A stretch of 64,000 bases of DNA from Camelus ferus. Lineage: Eukaryota. Shown here piece by piece: positions 1 through 11,369 of the stretch. Location: assembly GCF_009834535.1 (NCBI RefSeq), contig NC_045696.1:94180001-94244000 (forward strand), written 5' to 3'. The position numbers and the translations under genes were made by a program. The notes under the pieces were generated by a model. That model made no database searches, had not been told where the DNA came from, and worked only from the letters and a program-made list of their open reading frames with translations. The stretch's first letter is position 1. The number at the start of each line of letters is the position of its first letter.

Positions 1-127
1 CTTTTGTTGGTTTTGGGGGGGAGTAATTAGGTTTATTTATGTATTATTTGGACAGGGGTACTGGGGGTTGAACCTAGGACCTCATGCATGCTAGGTGCAC
101 ACTCTACCACTGAGCTATGCCTTCCCC
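1..127 (-). mobile_element. Camelid tRNA-derived SINE (Vic-1-like)
   Basis: Reverse complement reads GGG..CATAGCTCAGTGGTAGAG (A box)..GGTTCAACCCC (B box), then AATAAACCTAATTACTCCCC and an A-rich tail; homologous to the copy at 59050-59184. Confidence 0.85.
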
Positions 128-356
128 CGCCGTGAAATACAGAATATAGTGAGTTAATTATATTCATACAAAGGCTTGTGCCATTGATGATGATGATAGT
201 TTAAACCTGGCAAATCAATACTAATGCAAAAATAGAAGCCACAAGGGAAGGCTTCAGGACATTATCAACAGGCTAGCTTTGCTTGTATTCTCTGTAAAAA
301 CTTGTGTTTTATCAGAATTAAAAAGCCATTGTGATGGGATTCAACTCAGTGATGGA

Positions 357-423
357 TGTGTGTGTGTGTGTGTGTGTGTCTGAGAGAGAGAGAGCGAGAG
401 AGACAGACAGAAAGAGGAGAGAG
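357..423. repeat. (GT)n followed by (GA)n compound microsatellite
   Basis: Direct reading. Confidence 0.95.
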
Positions 424-1514
424 AAAATTTATATACCATCTTTTTAAGTAAAATTATTGGAGAGCAATGACTTTCTTCATAAATTAGACACAATAACAAA
501 GCCTTATTGTTGAAATTGCTTTTATGCAAGTGTAACCAAGTACTCAAATCAAAAACGTCTTTATCCTTGAAACTGACCTTATCCTAGTCATGGATTGCTG
601 GCATTTAATATTCAAGCTTCCTAACTCATTTTTGAAAGGCTGTCGCAGGAGAATTGCATGTAGAATATAAAATGATTTATTTAGTCCCACAGTCCCTTAT
701 ACGTGGGAACCAAAGAAAAGAGAAAGAAGACAAGCTGACTCTCTCATATTAATGGAAATTATCGCCTACAAATTAATTTAAGCAATTGATAGTACAAAAT
801 TAAAAATAGTAATATAAGAATCTGGTTTTTAAAAGTGCTTCTGCTATTCATGCCATCCATTCATATTTGAAACATCTGTACTGTAAGTGTGTCAAGGTAA
901 GATATTTTAGCCTTGTGCTGTTTCCATGAAATCAGATCCCCCCAATTGGAGTGCTAAACTAATTAGAGTTCATTCATCTCCACAGTGCATTTCCATGAGT
1001 TTATCTCGGGAAACAAACATTCACAAACCCAGACGACTGTTGTGAAATAAAAGGATGATGATGGCACAAGGCTTGTTGATCATTTTCTCCCGTGTTAAGT
1101 CTAATAAAACAAAACCAAAAAATAAGCTGCATCAGCACATTTAAATGTTTGGAAAAAAAATCTGCCAGACAACTGGTTATCTTTAACAAGAAAGGAAAAA
1201 AGAAAGATTTAATTCAAGTAGGTTATTAGCTAAATTCTACTTCATTTTCCCCAGTGTTTGTGGTTAAAGAGGTCACGTACAGGATGTGCCCTCTGGTATG
1301 GGTAGTATAAACAAGCTGATGGAAGAAGGTCAGCCACATGCCCTTGTTTCTGAACACAGACTTCGTGCCTTGGAAGTCCTTTCTGAACTTCCAGGGGTTA
1401 CATGTAAGCCAGTTAACTTTGCAGCGGTGTCCATTGGAAGATGCAGTTGCAAAGAGCCAGGCCTATCTTTAATACGGTGTGAGAAGACTGTGGCTTCAAA
1501 AAGATAAGAAGCCA

Positions 1515-2370
1515 CTTGACAATTCCATTGGGATGTCTAATAGTTGTCTCAGACTCAACCAGCTCCAAACTCATCTCCTGTCATGGCTTCCCCTACCTCC
1601 ACTGCTCAGGCTGAGTCATCCTTGACTCCTCTCTCTCTCACAGCCCATTTCCAGGGTTCAGGGAATCCTGCAGGCTCTGCCTTTAAACTGTATTCAGAAC
1701 CCAACCACTTCATCATCACCACTGGAGTCTAAGCCACTCCATGTCTTGCCTGGATAATTGTAGTAGCTGCCTAACTAGTGTCCATGTTCCCTCTGGTGTC
1801 TCTACAGTCTTGTCGCAACACAGCAGCCAAGAGAATCTCTTTTAACTTTCAGATTCCCTACCTGAACGTCTCTGAAGACTTTTATCGCTGAGTAAAATCC
1901 GAAGTCTGCCTTATGACCTATCAGGTTCTACTTGACCTGATTTACAGGTTACTCTGCTCCCCTTTGTTCATTTCTCCTCCAACACACCAGACACACCCAT
2001 GCCCCAGGGCTTTTGCACTTGTTTGTTTCTCATCTGAGAACACTACCACCCCCTCACCCCAAATATCCACACAACTAGCTCTCTTACCTCCTTCCAACCT
2101 TTACTTAAATATCACCTTTCCTGGCCTCTTCATCTAAAGGCACAATCACTCTGAATGTTCATTATTCTTTTCTCTAGTTTTCTTTGCCTCTGTAGCATTT
2201 ATCACCACCTAAGTCATGCCTTATTTTATTTATTTATTTACTTTTTATCATCTGCCTCCTCAACTAGAATATAAGCTCTCTGAGGACAGAGTTTTTTAGA
2301 TTACTAAACCCCTTGTGCTTAGAAGAGTATCTGACACTTAGTAGGTGATAAATATGTGTTGAATAAATAA
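1515..2370 (+). mobile_element. LINE2 (L2a-like) 3' portion
   Basis: L2 motifs GGGATGTCTAATAG, CTTGCCTGGATAATTG and CCCAGGGCTTTTGCACTTG; terminal ACTTAGTAGGTGATAAATATGTGTTGAATAAATAA. Confidence 0.8.
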
Positions 2371-2639
2371 AGGTACCCATGCAACTACATTTAGTAGTAT
2401 TTTGTGTTAGGTGTTTTTAAAACATGCTATCATATTGTGTATATAACTCTTTCCATACCCAACAATTTGGCATAGAACTCTTTACACATTAAAACGTTGC
2501 TCAACCTCATTTGATGGAATTGTGGTATGTCTAGTATGGCTATAGCTCAGGTCTTAAGGGGTTTCCAATTTTTAATACAGACAATGTAACATGCATGTTT
2601 TATGCCTGCCTCCTGGGGCATATGAGAGTGTATTTCTGT

Positions 2640-3280
2640 AGGCTGAGCAGATCTGTGTTTTTTCACCTTTGCAAAACTGGAACTATGTTTCTGGGAATTC
2701 TCTCTTACATAGTCCCTACACAGTGTGGGCTCTAAGGAGGATTTTTCATGGGCTTTGGAAGGTGGAAGTTAGCAGGCGCCATATTGTTTTTATCCTGGAA
2801 GGTCGGTGATGCCTCAGCTCATGTACCCTATGGCTTTCTACTGGCTCCTGTCACTGCACCGGGGTAGAAGCTGGGTCACGCTAGGCCAGCCCAGTGGGGT
2901 CTCCTGCTTCAGCTTCTCTGTCTCCTGGGATAGGTGCGTGTTTAGTCCATGGGGGCATGGGTAGGCTCCTCCTGTAGGATGCCCTGATCAACCAAGTGAG
3001 AAGTTCGGTGGTGCTGAGAGTCTAACGCAGATTCTCATCCTTCCTGGTGGCTTCAGCCTCAGTCTCCAAGATTCCAGTTCGTTCTTCCTTCCCCCACATT
3101 ACTTCCATTTTCCCTTCCTGACCGCCGGCCCTGTGGATTTCAAGCTCCTGCACCAGACACAGAAACAACGGCCACATATTGACTATGCAGCCAGCTCCCA
3201 CAAAAGCATAAGGTCCAACCCCAAATATATGTATTTATATCCTGGCGGTCTGCTTCTCTGACAACATGCTGACTGGTGCA
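2640..3280 (+). mobile_element. ERVL solo LTR (LTR41/LTR41B-like) inserted in an old L1ME fragment
   Basis: CTGGAACTATGTTTC.., TTTGGAAGGTGGAAG.., CCAGCTCCCACAA..TAAGGTC, terminal CTGCTTCTCTGA..CTGACTGGTGCA match the recalled LTR41 layout. Confidence 0.75.
2813..2984 (-). other. Degenerate apolipoprotein A-IV-like coding fragment captured inside the LTR41-type LTR
   Basis: Minus-strand translation GILQEE..(frameshift)LNTHLSQETEKLKQE..QLLPR..SQ versus recalled APOA4 GDLQKK..LHERLAKDSEKLKEE..RLLPH..SQ. Confidence 0.65.
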
Positions 3281-4029
3281 GGTAGATATCAAGAAACAAA
3301 TTTGCGGGGCCATAGGATTTGTACATTTTTTCATCTTAATAGATTACAAGTTTGATCTCTCGTCTATGAAACACTGGAAGCATTTCCCTGCCAGGGATCT
3401 ATGAATTATGAATCAGTTTCATTTGTTTGCACCTTAGCAACCTGAGTAGACAGTGTGTTTTCATGTTGCAGGGGTGCCTATGGAGGAAACCAGGGAAGGG
3501 AAACAAGACCAAATAAGAGACCAAATGATGTCTAGTCCTCCTCTGCACAGCTGGCCTCAGTTAACAGGACCACTGTGAATCAATTTACATTTTAAATGCT
3601 CCTTTTGTAATGCCAGAAATCAAAAACATAATTTCAATAAAATAAAAGCTTAGATTTTTTTTTTTGTCGACTGTCACTGAAGGTTTGCTATTCGTGAGCG
3701 AAAGCAATTTTCCTCAGTGTGTGAATTCTTACTCTTGGCAGATGTTGGACAGATGTTTTTACTATAGACATGTGGGGACTTTCAGGAAAAACACCCTTCT
3801 AATTACTCAAGGCAGCCAAAAACTGTTTTATAACTTAGTGATGGAATTACAAACATGTCTCACGGCTTAGAACATTCATATTAAGATGCCATAATAGTTT
3901 GTTGTTCCTTTGATCACGTCTGTGTTCTAAGAGTAAGTTCCTTAGACCTCTGTCCTCTGGGAGGCCTGGGGAGATGTTTTAATCTCCTGCCCCTTTGTTA
4001 TTACTGACTGAAATGAGTTTTGGAAGACA

Positions 4030-4710
4030 GAGTCCTCATTAGATTGCCTAGTACCCCTCTAATCTAAAGAGTTTCTATTAAGCAGTCGTCCCTACAGGTG
4101 TCAATAACAAAAGGCCATTTAAAAAACAGGAAGTAGCTTTCCTCTTTGTAAGAATGTGTGGGTGGAGCGGGGCCTGCCTGCCTCTGACGCTGAGCATCAC
4201 AGGCTGCCAAGGGCAGATCAAGCTTCACGATACAAAGTGACTGCGGCTGACCCACAGAGTCCCAGAAGTGGGTTCCCATGTGCCTTTGACAGAATCAACA
4301 TTCCTAGATGGCATTAGGCTCACCAACTGGCAAAAGCAAATTCGTGCGTGATTTATATTTTGTTTTGCAAAAACTAGTCAAGCTCAGACACTAATCCGAA
4401 GATTAACAGTTACCTCTTTCTTAAAAGCTGAGCTTTCTTCAGCAAAGACCTGCAATGACCCTGTGGGTCTCTGGGAAGCTCTGCCTCTTACCCCTGCTGG
4501 CAGCCGAGGGCCTGGCACAGCTGGGAAAGAGAGCAGTTGCAGCTGCTCCGCAGTGGGATGCTCCACTGAACAGTCCTGCTCGTATTCCAGAGGCGTCTAT
4601 TAAGTACTCCCAAGTCACTCTCCAGGGAGTCTTCAAACACGGGCCAGCCTCCTCAGGTGAAGGCTGGGATGCATTCAAGCTTTGCAACCGCTTTACTGAT
4701 AAGGTATAAA
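4030..4710. promoter_or_regulatory. Candidate enhancer/promoter in unique sequence
   Basis: No recognisable repeat, raised GC and retained CpGs; ACAGGAAGT (ETS), GC-box-like GAGCGGGGCC, TAATCT at 4060 and TAATCC..GATTA at 4392-4405. Confidence 0.3.
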
Positions 4711-5829
4711 ATCCGAACAGAGTGGTGGAAGAAGAGGAAGAGAGACTGCCCTGCTCTGATCTCTAATAAGCAAGTTCCTGGGAATAGGTGTTTTCACTTC
4801 TTGAGAATTCTTTTTTATTTTTAAAACGCCACTAAGGTTCACTACAGTTGAGAAGTGCCCCTTTTCAGAGCACTTCTGGCCTAGGGTTCTGCTTGGTCCT
4901 CTCGTCATACAGATTTTCTGGGAGTGGGGCACATTCAGCAGGGTCATTCCTGGTTGGCCTAGAGCGCTCTGTGCCTTTGCAGACCTTATGGTTTAGTTTT
5001 CCGACTCGTGAGGAGAAAACAATGCACTTCCTAGTCCTGACTCTGATGTCCTTTCCTTTCCTCTTCATAGCACAGAGGGTCACCCTCCTGGGAAGTGGCA
5101 TTTAGGCATCTGGGAGGAGTTCTATGGGAAGGTCTGGCGTATGTCTTTCATAAGTAACTATGGGTCCAGGGTAGGCACTTGGCACAACCGTAACCTCAAA
5201 TGCCATCTGACAGCAAACAGCTCATGCTCACTCACCTCCTCTGTCTACGGGAGAGTACCTCCAACCTGGCAGGCATTCCCTGATGCGCAGAGTTCCACAC
5301 CCACCTTCCCCAGCCTAGCTTCTCCTCTTGGTGTCCTGCATAGGAAGATAAAGCACAAAATGAGTCCATCTTGCTGACTCTCAGTGCAAAGGGTTCCTTG
5401 GGTCTTGAAATCTTTGATGGTCCCAATGGTGTGTCCCCTAATGCATATCAATGCTTGTAACATAACATCGAAGGCTTTCTTCACGAAACGGCAACAACCA
5501 CACAGAAGTAAGAGTAGCTACTTACCACGGACTGGACCTTGAGATAGGTATATAAACCTACAGTCTGTCTCTTTGCAAACTGAATCTTACCTTTTAGAAA
5601 CATGTTGGTAAATACCAGACAAAACCGCTGAAAGAGTAGAAGTGATGTCCTCTGGGAAGGGGAGATGGGGGAAGAATGGGTGGGCGGGGACTGCCGCTGT
5701 TTGTAGATGTTCACTTCGTGGAATGATTTGACTTTTACCTATTTCTCCTGGTATTTATCATCATTATCAACAAAAATGCTTATATTTCCATTTCTTGATT
5801 TTTTTTCAGTTTTATGTAATATTTTATGG

Positions 5830-6380
5830 TTTCCTATTATTGGGAGGTGAGGATTTAGCTCCCTTATAGCCCTCCTCCCATCATCTCAATATATTTTGTT
5901 CTCTCAATACTGTATTTAGACTGTATACCGACTGTAAATATTATTCATAGCTGAGCCACGTGGTCTACTTTTCTTTTGTTGTACAAGGTTGAGTATCCTG
6001 GAGTTAATAGCTACTATTTCTATGTCTCAATCACTTATTCATGCCCTCTTGATATCTTCAAACACACTGGGTAATTGATCAGATTTGGTTTTGTTAGTGG
6101 TACCTTTCCTTCAGCCCTCCATCTTCCTGCTCTAACCCAGTAATTAGTAGTTAGTAATTAGTAGTTAGTAGTTTGTAGTTAGTAGTAGTTCTCCTCACCA
6201 TGACCAGAAGACAAGGGGTGTGATTTCTTCTACTCCTCTCCTGTGTTGCATCTCTAGTTTCTTGAATCTCATGTCTTCCTTTTATTGGTTGAGTGAAGCA
6301 CATCTTCCACCAGTCCCCTGAGAAAGGGCACAGAGGAGATAAATTTGTTGAGGCTTTCCACATGTGCATATCTATGATCA
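5830..6380 (-). mobile_element. Ancient L1M/HAL1-like fragment
   Basis: Resembles segments at about 16000-16300 and 36355-36510; typical antisense old-L1 composition. Confidence 0.45.
6139..6190. repeat. Short degenerate tandem repeat, AGTAATTAGTAGTT x2 decaying into (TAGT/TAG)n
   Basis: Direct reading. Confidence 0.85.
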
Positions 6381-7130
6381 CTTACACTTACAACCACCTG
6401 CAAGGTAGTAATTATACTTACTTATTGATAAATGTTTCAGAGGCTTAAAAAATCTGCCCAAGCTCACATACCTATAATGAAGTAGAACTGAGAAAGAAAT
6501 TGATAGAGTTGTATATACACACACAGACACACACACACAAACACACGATACAGAACTGGCTAGTACCACTTATCATTAATTCATTTTACTTTCACAGAAA
6601 CAAATTTTAGAGAATTAATTTGAAGAGTATAAATTTTTCTCTCCATTTAATTTTTTTCCCTTTCTAGTTCTGCCTAGACCATTAATCCCTTACTCTTTTT
6701 GAATGATATTCCTAGATAAACATTTCATTTTCTGTAATTAGAATGTCAGCTTGAATACTAAAAGAAAATAATCAATGGAGAAATTTTGCAGATACAGCAA
6801 ATTGAATTTGACTGTACTATATCCTATAAATGTTAGCTTGGATACTTAATATTTTTTTCATGGGATAATATAAATAGCAATAGGACTACAAGGATTTATA
6901 ATTAGTGAATAATTAGACAACTTATCTTAGAAATACCAACTACAGTTTTTATTAGAGAAAAAATCCTTCACGCCTCATTCTTTATTGAATTATTTGACTA
7001 CAGAACTTGAAGTTTAGGCAATGACCTAGATGAACTTTAGTTCTTTCCTTTAGTTCTATGTTAAAACCACTTCACATAAAAACAAGGAACTAGTATAAAA
7101 AATGATACCAATATTTAATTTCTCCACAGC

Positions 7131-7484
7131 TGTTATGAACTGAATGTTTGTGTCCCCTCAAAATTCATATGTTGAAGCCCTAACCCACAATGTGATGGAA
7201 TTTGGATAACCGGGTTTAGATGAGGTAACGGGGGTGGGGTCCCTGAGGTGGATGAGTGTCCTTTTACGAAGAGGAAGAGAGACTGGAGTTCACTCTGTCT
7301 CTCCACCAGGTAAGGACACTGAGAGAAGGCTGCTATTTACAAGCCAAGAATAGGGCTCTCACCAGGAACCCAATGGGCCAGCACATTGACTTTCCAGCCT
7401 CCAAAACTATGAGAAATAAATGTTTGCTGTTAAAACCACCCCGTCTATAGTATTTTGTTATAGCAGCCAAAGCATACTAATACA
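7131..7484 (+). mobile_element. MaLR solo LTR (MLT1A-like)
   Basis: Starts TGTTATGAACTGAATGTTTGTGTCCCC, ends TAATACA; AATAAA signal; 5-bp TSD ACAGC/ACAGT. Confidence 0.88.
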
Positions 7485-7604
7485 ACAGTCCATTTATTAA
7501 AATTTGGGATATTTCAAGACCTAGGATATTATAATATGAGAAGGAACACTTTATATTTTAAAAGAACATTTTAAATCTTAGTCTAAGATACATGTAATTT
7601 GGAG

Positions 7605-7812
7605 GGCTGTATAGTGAGTGTTTTTGCAAAATCAGAGCTCTGCAGTGGGAAACACTGCCACCACTGGCTGTGTGAATCTGAGCAAGTTTCTGCATCTATG
7701 ACATAGTATTAAATAAGGCACACTCTGCAGGGTACTGTGAGAGTGAAGAGACTAGTGTCCATCAGGGGCTTAGCATCATGCCCTGTATGTAATAAGAATT
7801 CAATATAGGTTA
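7605..7812 (+). mobile_element. MIR SINE
   Basis: GCCACCACTGGCTGTGTGAATCTGAGCAAGTT core and GCTTAGCATCATGCC tail. Confidence 0.6.
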
Positions 7813-7913
7813 GATTGCTTTTTTAAATGACTTACATTTATTCTCTCTCTCTTTATCTCTATGTGTTGCCCAAACAAAGGACCAAATCAAGAGTAGTTTC
7901 TGACTAAGATGTC

Positions 7914-8846
7914 TGTATCAGTCAGGGTCAAGTCATGAGACAAAAAACCATAAAGTGTTTAGAAAAAGTAAAGTTTAATATAAAGAATTATTAACAGTAG
8001 AATAAAGTAACAGAATTAACTTGTGAGAAGTAAAGAGAACTGTAGAGGATACAAGGGTAGCAGATATAAGGAGCAGCCACCACCTCTGGGGTGAAATATC
8101 ATCTCCAAGGAAGGAAGCTTCCCCACCCAGGTTGATTCAGGCTTCCCTGGAGGGGGCTGGCATGGTTCACTAGATGGCAGGAAGTCACGGAGGAAGTGTA
8201 CTGGTAGAACTTGCCAGAGATCTTCCCTCTGGGTGTTAGAGAAGGCTGTCCATAGGGAATTACCAAGCCTCAGAAACTTGTGAGGTGCTGGGGATACCTG
8301 GTGACCACTGGGAGGCAGAGGAGACTGCCCTCTGCAGGTGCTGCAGGTGTCTAGTCCACTTCTGTGTGTAGTTTGGACCAGGGCATTTCCAGGTCATTTG
8401 CAAGAAATTAAGGTCAGCTGCCGGGCTGCTAGGTGACCAGACTTGCAGGATCCTGGGCATATGTATACACGAGGCTGGGCACAGTGATCTAGGCTGGGGC
8501 ACCAGCTTGCACTGTCTGTAGCCCCTGGCTATGCCATTGATGCTTGAGTTGAAAGCTAGAAAGAGCGTGCTGCAGCCAGATATTGGAGAAAGGCACATGC
8601 TTCTGGAACTCAGCATAGGAGGGCAAGCAATGGAGAAGAAGCACTCTGTGCTGGAGCCTGGAAAGAGATCCACCCGGGAACCAAGAGGAGGAAACTCTTC
8701 TCCCCCTAAGACTCTCTATAAACAAGGCTTAATATCTTGCTAGGTGGCAAAGGGGAAATATTTGCAAAGCCCAATTCTGTTATCACAGAGCGTGCAAAAA
8801 GGGTGAATGTGCAGCTGAGCTGTAATAACTTCAATAACCTGTACCA
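7914..8846 (-). mobile_element. ERVL solo LTR (LTR82/LTR84-like)
   Basis: Begins TGTATCAGTCAGGGTC, the reversed 3' end; ends GGCAAAGGGGAAATATTTG..GGGTGAATG..GCTGAG..ATAACCTGTACCA, the reversed 5' end typical of this LTR group. Confidence 0.7.
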
Positions 8847-9563
8847 AGTCACAATCAGAAACACATATACAAGAAATTATCAAATCAGGACAACGTTTAC
8901 AGTATGCCTGGCACTGTGTGGTTTAGAGAGATCAAGAACATTAATCCTTAATAGGGTGATAAATGTGGCACGTACCATTCTAGGTGTATGACATCCAACA
9001 AAGAAATTTAAAATCTTGTCTTCTCAGAGAACTTAAAGAAGAAGCAAGAATATAATGCAAGAAACAATTAGAAACAAATAATAGACTGCCCAATGTTAAG
9101 TAGGGTTATACAAACTTTGCCAAGCAATTATAGAGGTGACAGATTTTATTTTACTGTTGTTTTTGTGTAGCTATGTCTTTTTAATCTTCCACAGACATAT
9201 TCAAACTGCTTTCTATTTAAGTATTTATTAAATTCCATAATAAATTCTGTTTCTCTACAAGTTTTACTGATCACAAATAAGCACTGTTTTAAAATCATAC
9301 AAAATCATATCACAATGTTCAAAATGCGCCAATTCTGAATTTCCCAAAAGCTAAAAAAAAAAAGCATTACTTTGTAGGTCAGCTAGAACTTTTTTTTTGG
9401 TTAAATAAATATTCTTGTCTTAACATTGTGACTTCTTATTTGTTGCCAATTTGTCACACTTGTTTTTCTTAATATTGCTTCTCTTAGGAAATGCATCTTG
9501 GGAGTTAAAAGAAAATGTTGGAATCCAACAGAACTGGCTTAAATCCCAGATCTTTCACTTTTT

Positions 9564-10240
9564 TTTTTTAACTTAAGATAGTCAGTTACAATGTGTCAAT
9601 TTCTGGTGTACAGCACAATGTCCCAGTCTTGCATATATACACATATATTCATTTTCATATTTTTTTCACTAAAGGTTATTACAAGATATTGAATATAGTT
9701 CCCTGTGCTACACAGGAGAAATTTGTTTTTTTATCTATTTTTATATATAGTGGTTAACATTTGCAAATCTCAAACTCCCAAATTTATCCGTTTCCATCCC
9801 CCTTCTCCCAGTAACCATAAGATTGTTTACTATGTCTGCAGGTCTATTTCTGTTTTGTAGATGAGTTCATTAGTGTCCTCTTTTTTCTTTTTTTTAGGTT
9901 CCTCATATGGTAATTTTCTTCCTTTTTCTGGCTTATTTCACTTAAAATGATGATCTCCAGGGCCATCCATGTTGCTGCAAATGGCATTATTCTATTCCTT
10001 TTTATGGCTGTGTAGTATTTCATTGTATAAACATACCACAACTTTCATCCAGTCGTCTGTTGATGGACATTTAGGTTGCTTCCATGCCTTGGCTACTGTA
10101 TATAGTGCTGCTATGAACATTGGGGTGCATGGATCTTTTCAAATTAGAGTTCCCTCTGGATATATGCCAAGAAGTGGGACTGTTGGATCATATGGTAAGT
10201 CTATCTTAGTTTTTTGAGGAGTCTCCATACTGTTTTCCAC
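9564..10240 (-). mobile_element. 5'-truncated young camelid L1 3' end inserted into a MIR
   Basis: ORF2 C-terminus (MWYVYTMKYYTAIK..MPFAATW), poly(T); TSD CAGATCTTTCACTTTTT (9547-9563) / CAGTTCTTTCACTTTTT (10241-10257). Confidence 0.92.
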
Positions 10241-11369
10241 CAGTTCTTTCACTTTTTAGCTCTGTGGGCTTGATAACTTAACTATCACTATCCCAGGTAT
10301 TTCAGTTTCTTCACCTTTTCAAAGGGAAATATATGTAAAAATCAAATTCATGTAAGGATTAAACAGTTGTATCACTTACATACAGACACACTTATGCATC
10401 TATGATATTTAGCAGACTGCTGATACACTATAAATATTTGTTACCTTTTAGGGTTTAATTCGCATAAGAAAGGGGAGAACAAAAACGAATCAGTCTATTT
10501 TCTGCTTGATAATATCTGTGATAGTGGAAGTAAAGGGAGGAAATTTTGAAACGCATGGATAAACACAGTTTGGCCATCATCCATCAGTGGATATCAGTTT
10601 GATGCACAGTCTCTCTACTGACAGAGGCACAAAATTGGCCCTACCAACCAAAAAGTCTTAACAAATCAAGTTGTGAGTTTGCGGTGATGACAAGTCCATT
10701 TATTCATCTCTTTCTTTCTCCTAGGAATATGAATCCTTTGGTACCCTCAGGAAATGATATAATGTTAGAGTTAGATTAGATATTCTCTGTAGACTTGCTT
10801 CCTGGACATTAACATCCTGAGAGCACGCAGAGTATTTATACGTTCTGGCTTCTTCATTAAAGAGCCAAGACCAAATGGGACAGTCTATGTTGCTGAGATG
10901 GTATCATGATAAGCTCACAGCCACCAGATGTTCTGTTTTCTGCTCTCTCCCACATGGAAGTAAGTGAAATCGTCTGCCAGCCCCTTGGAACCAATCTTCA
11001 TCTTCTGTCCCATCCAAAATGCCAGCTTCATAAATTATCTGCTCCACCCTTTCTCTGCCTTACAATCCCGTGACAACATCACATACCTCACACTCCACAA
11101 GATACCAGGAAACAAATGTTAACAAATTTCCAAGGGAAAGCAGAATTCCTTGAAGGAAACAAAACTCACTTGTTCTGCTTTCATTTTCCTTATTAATTAA
11201 CTTTAAAACTGTACCTCATATAAAAACCAGAACCCACAGGAAGATATTGAGGCCCAAGATATATGAGGAGCTAGAAACTGAGCAAATATCTGTGTAGAAC
11301 AACTTCAGATCTCAGCCACAAGCCCATTTTTTTTTCCCAGTGGAAAGCTGGAAGAAGTTAATAGAGGAT

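Noticed and set aside
55..125. tRNA gene (A and B boxes present)
   Set aside because: It continues into a SINE-specific tail, has a second diverged copy in the window and lacks a clean acceptor stem; it is a SINE head.
4455..4709. 84-aa ORF with a hydrophobic N-terminus (MTLWVSGKLCLLPLLAAEG)
   Set aside because: No recognisable family, and similar-length ORFs overlap it on the other strand, as expected from local GC content.
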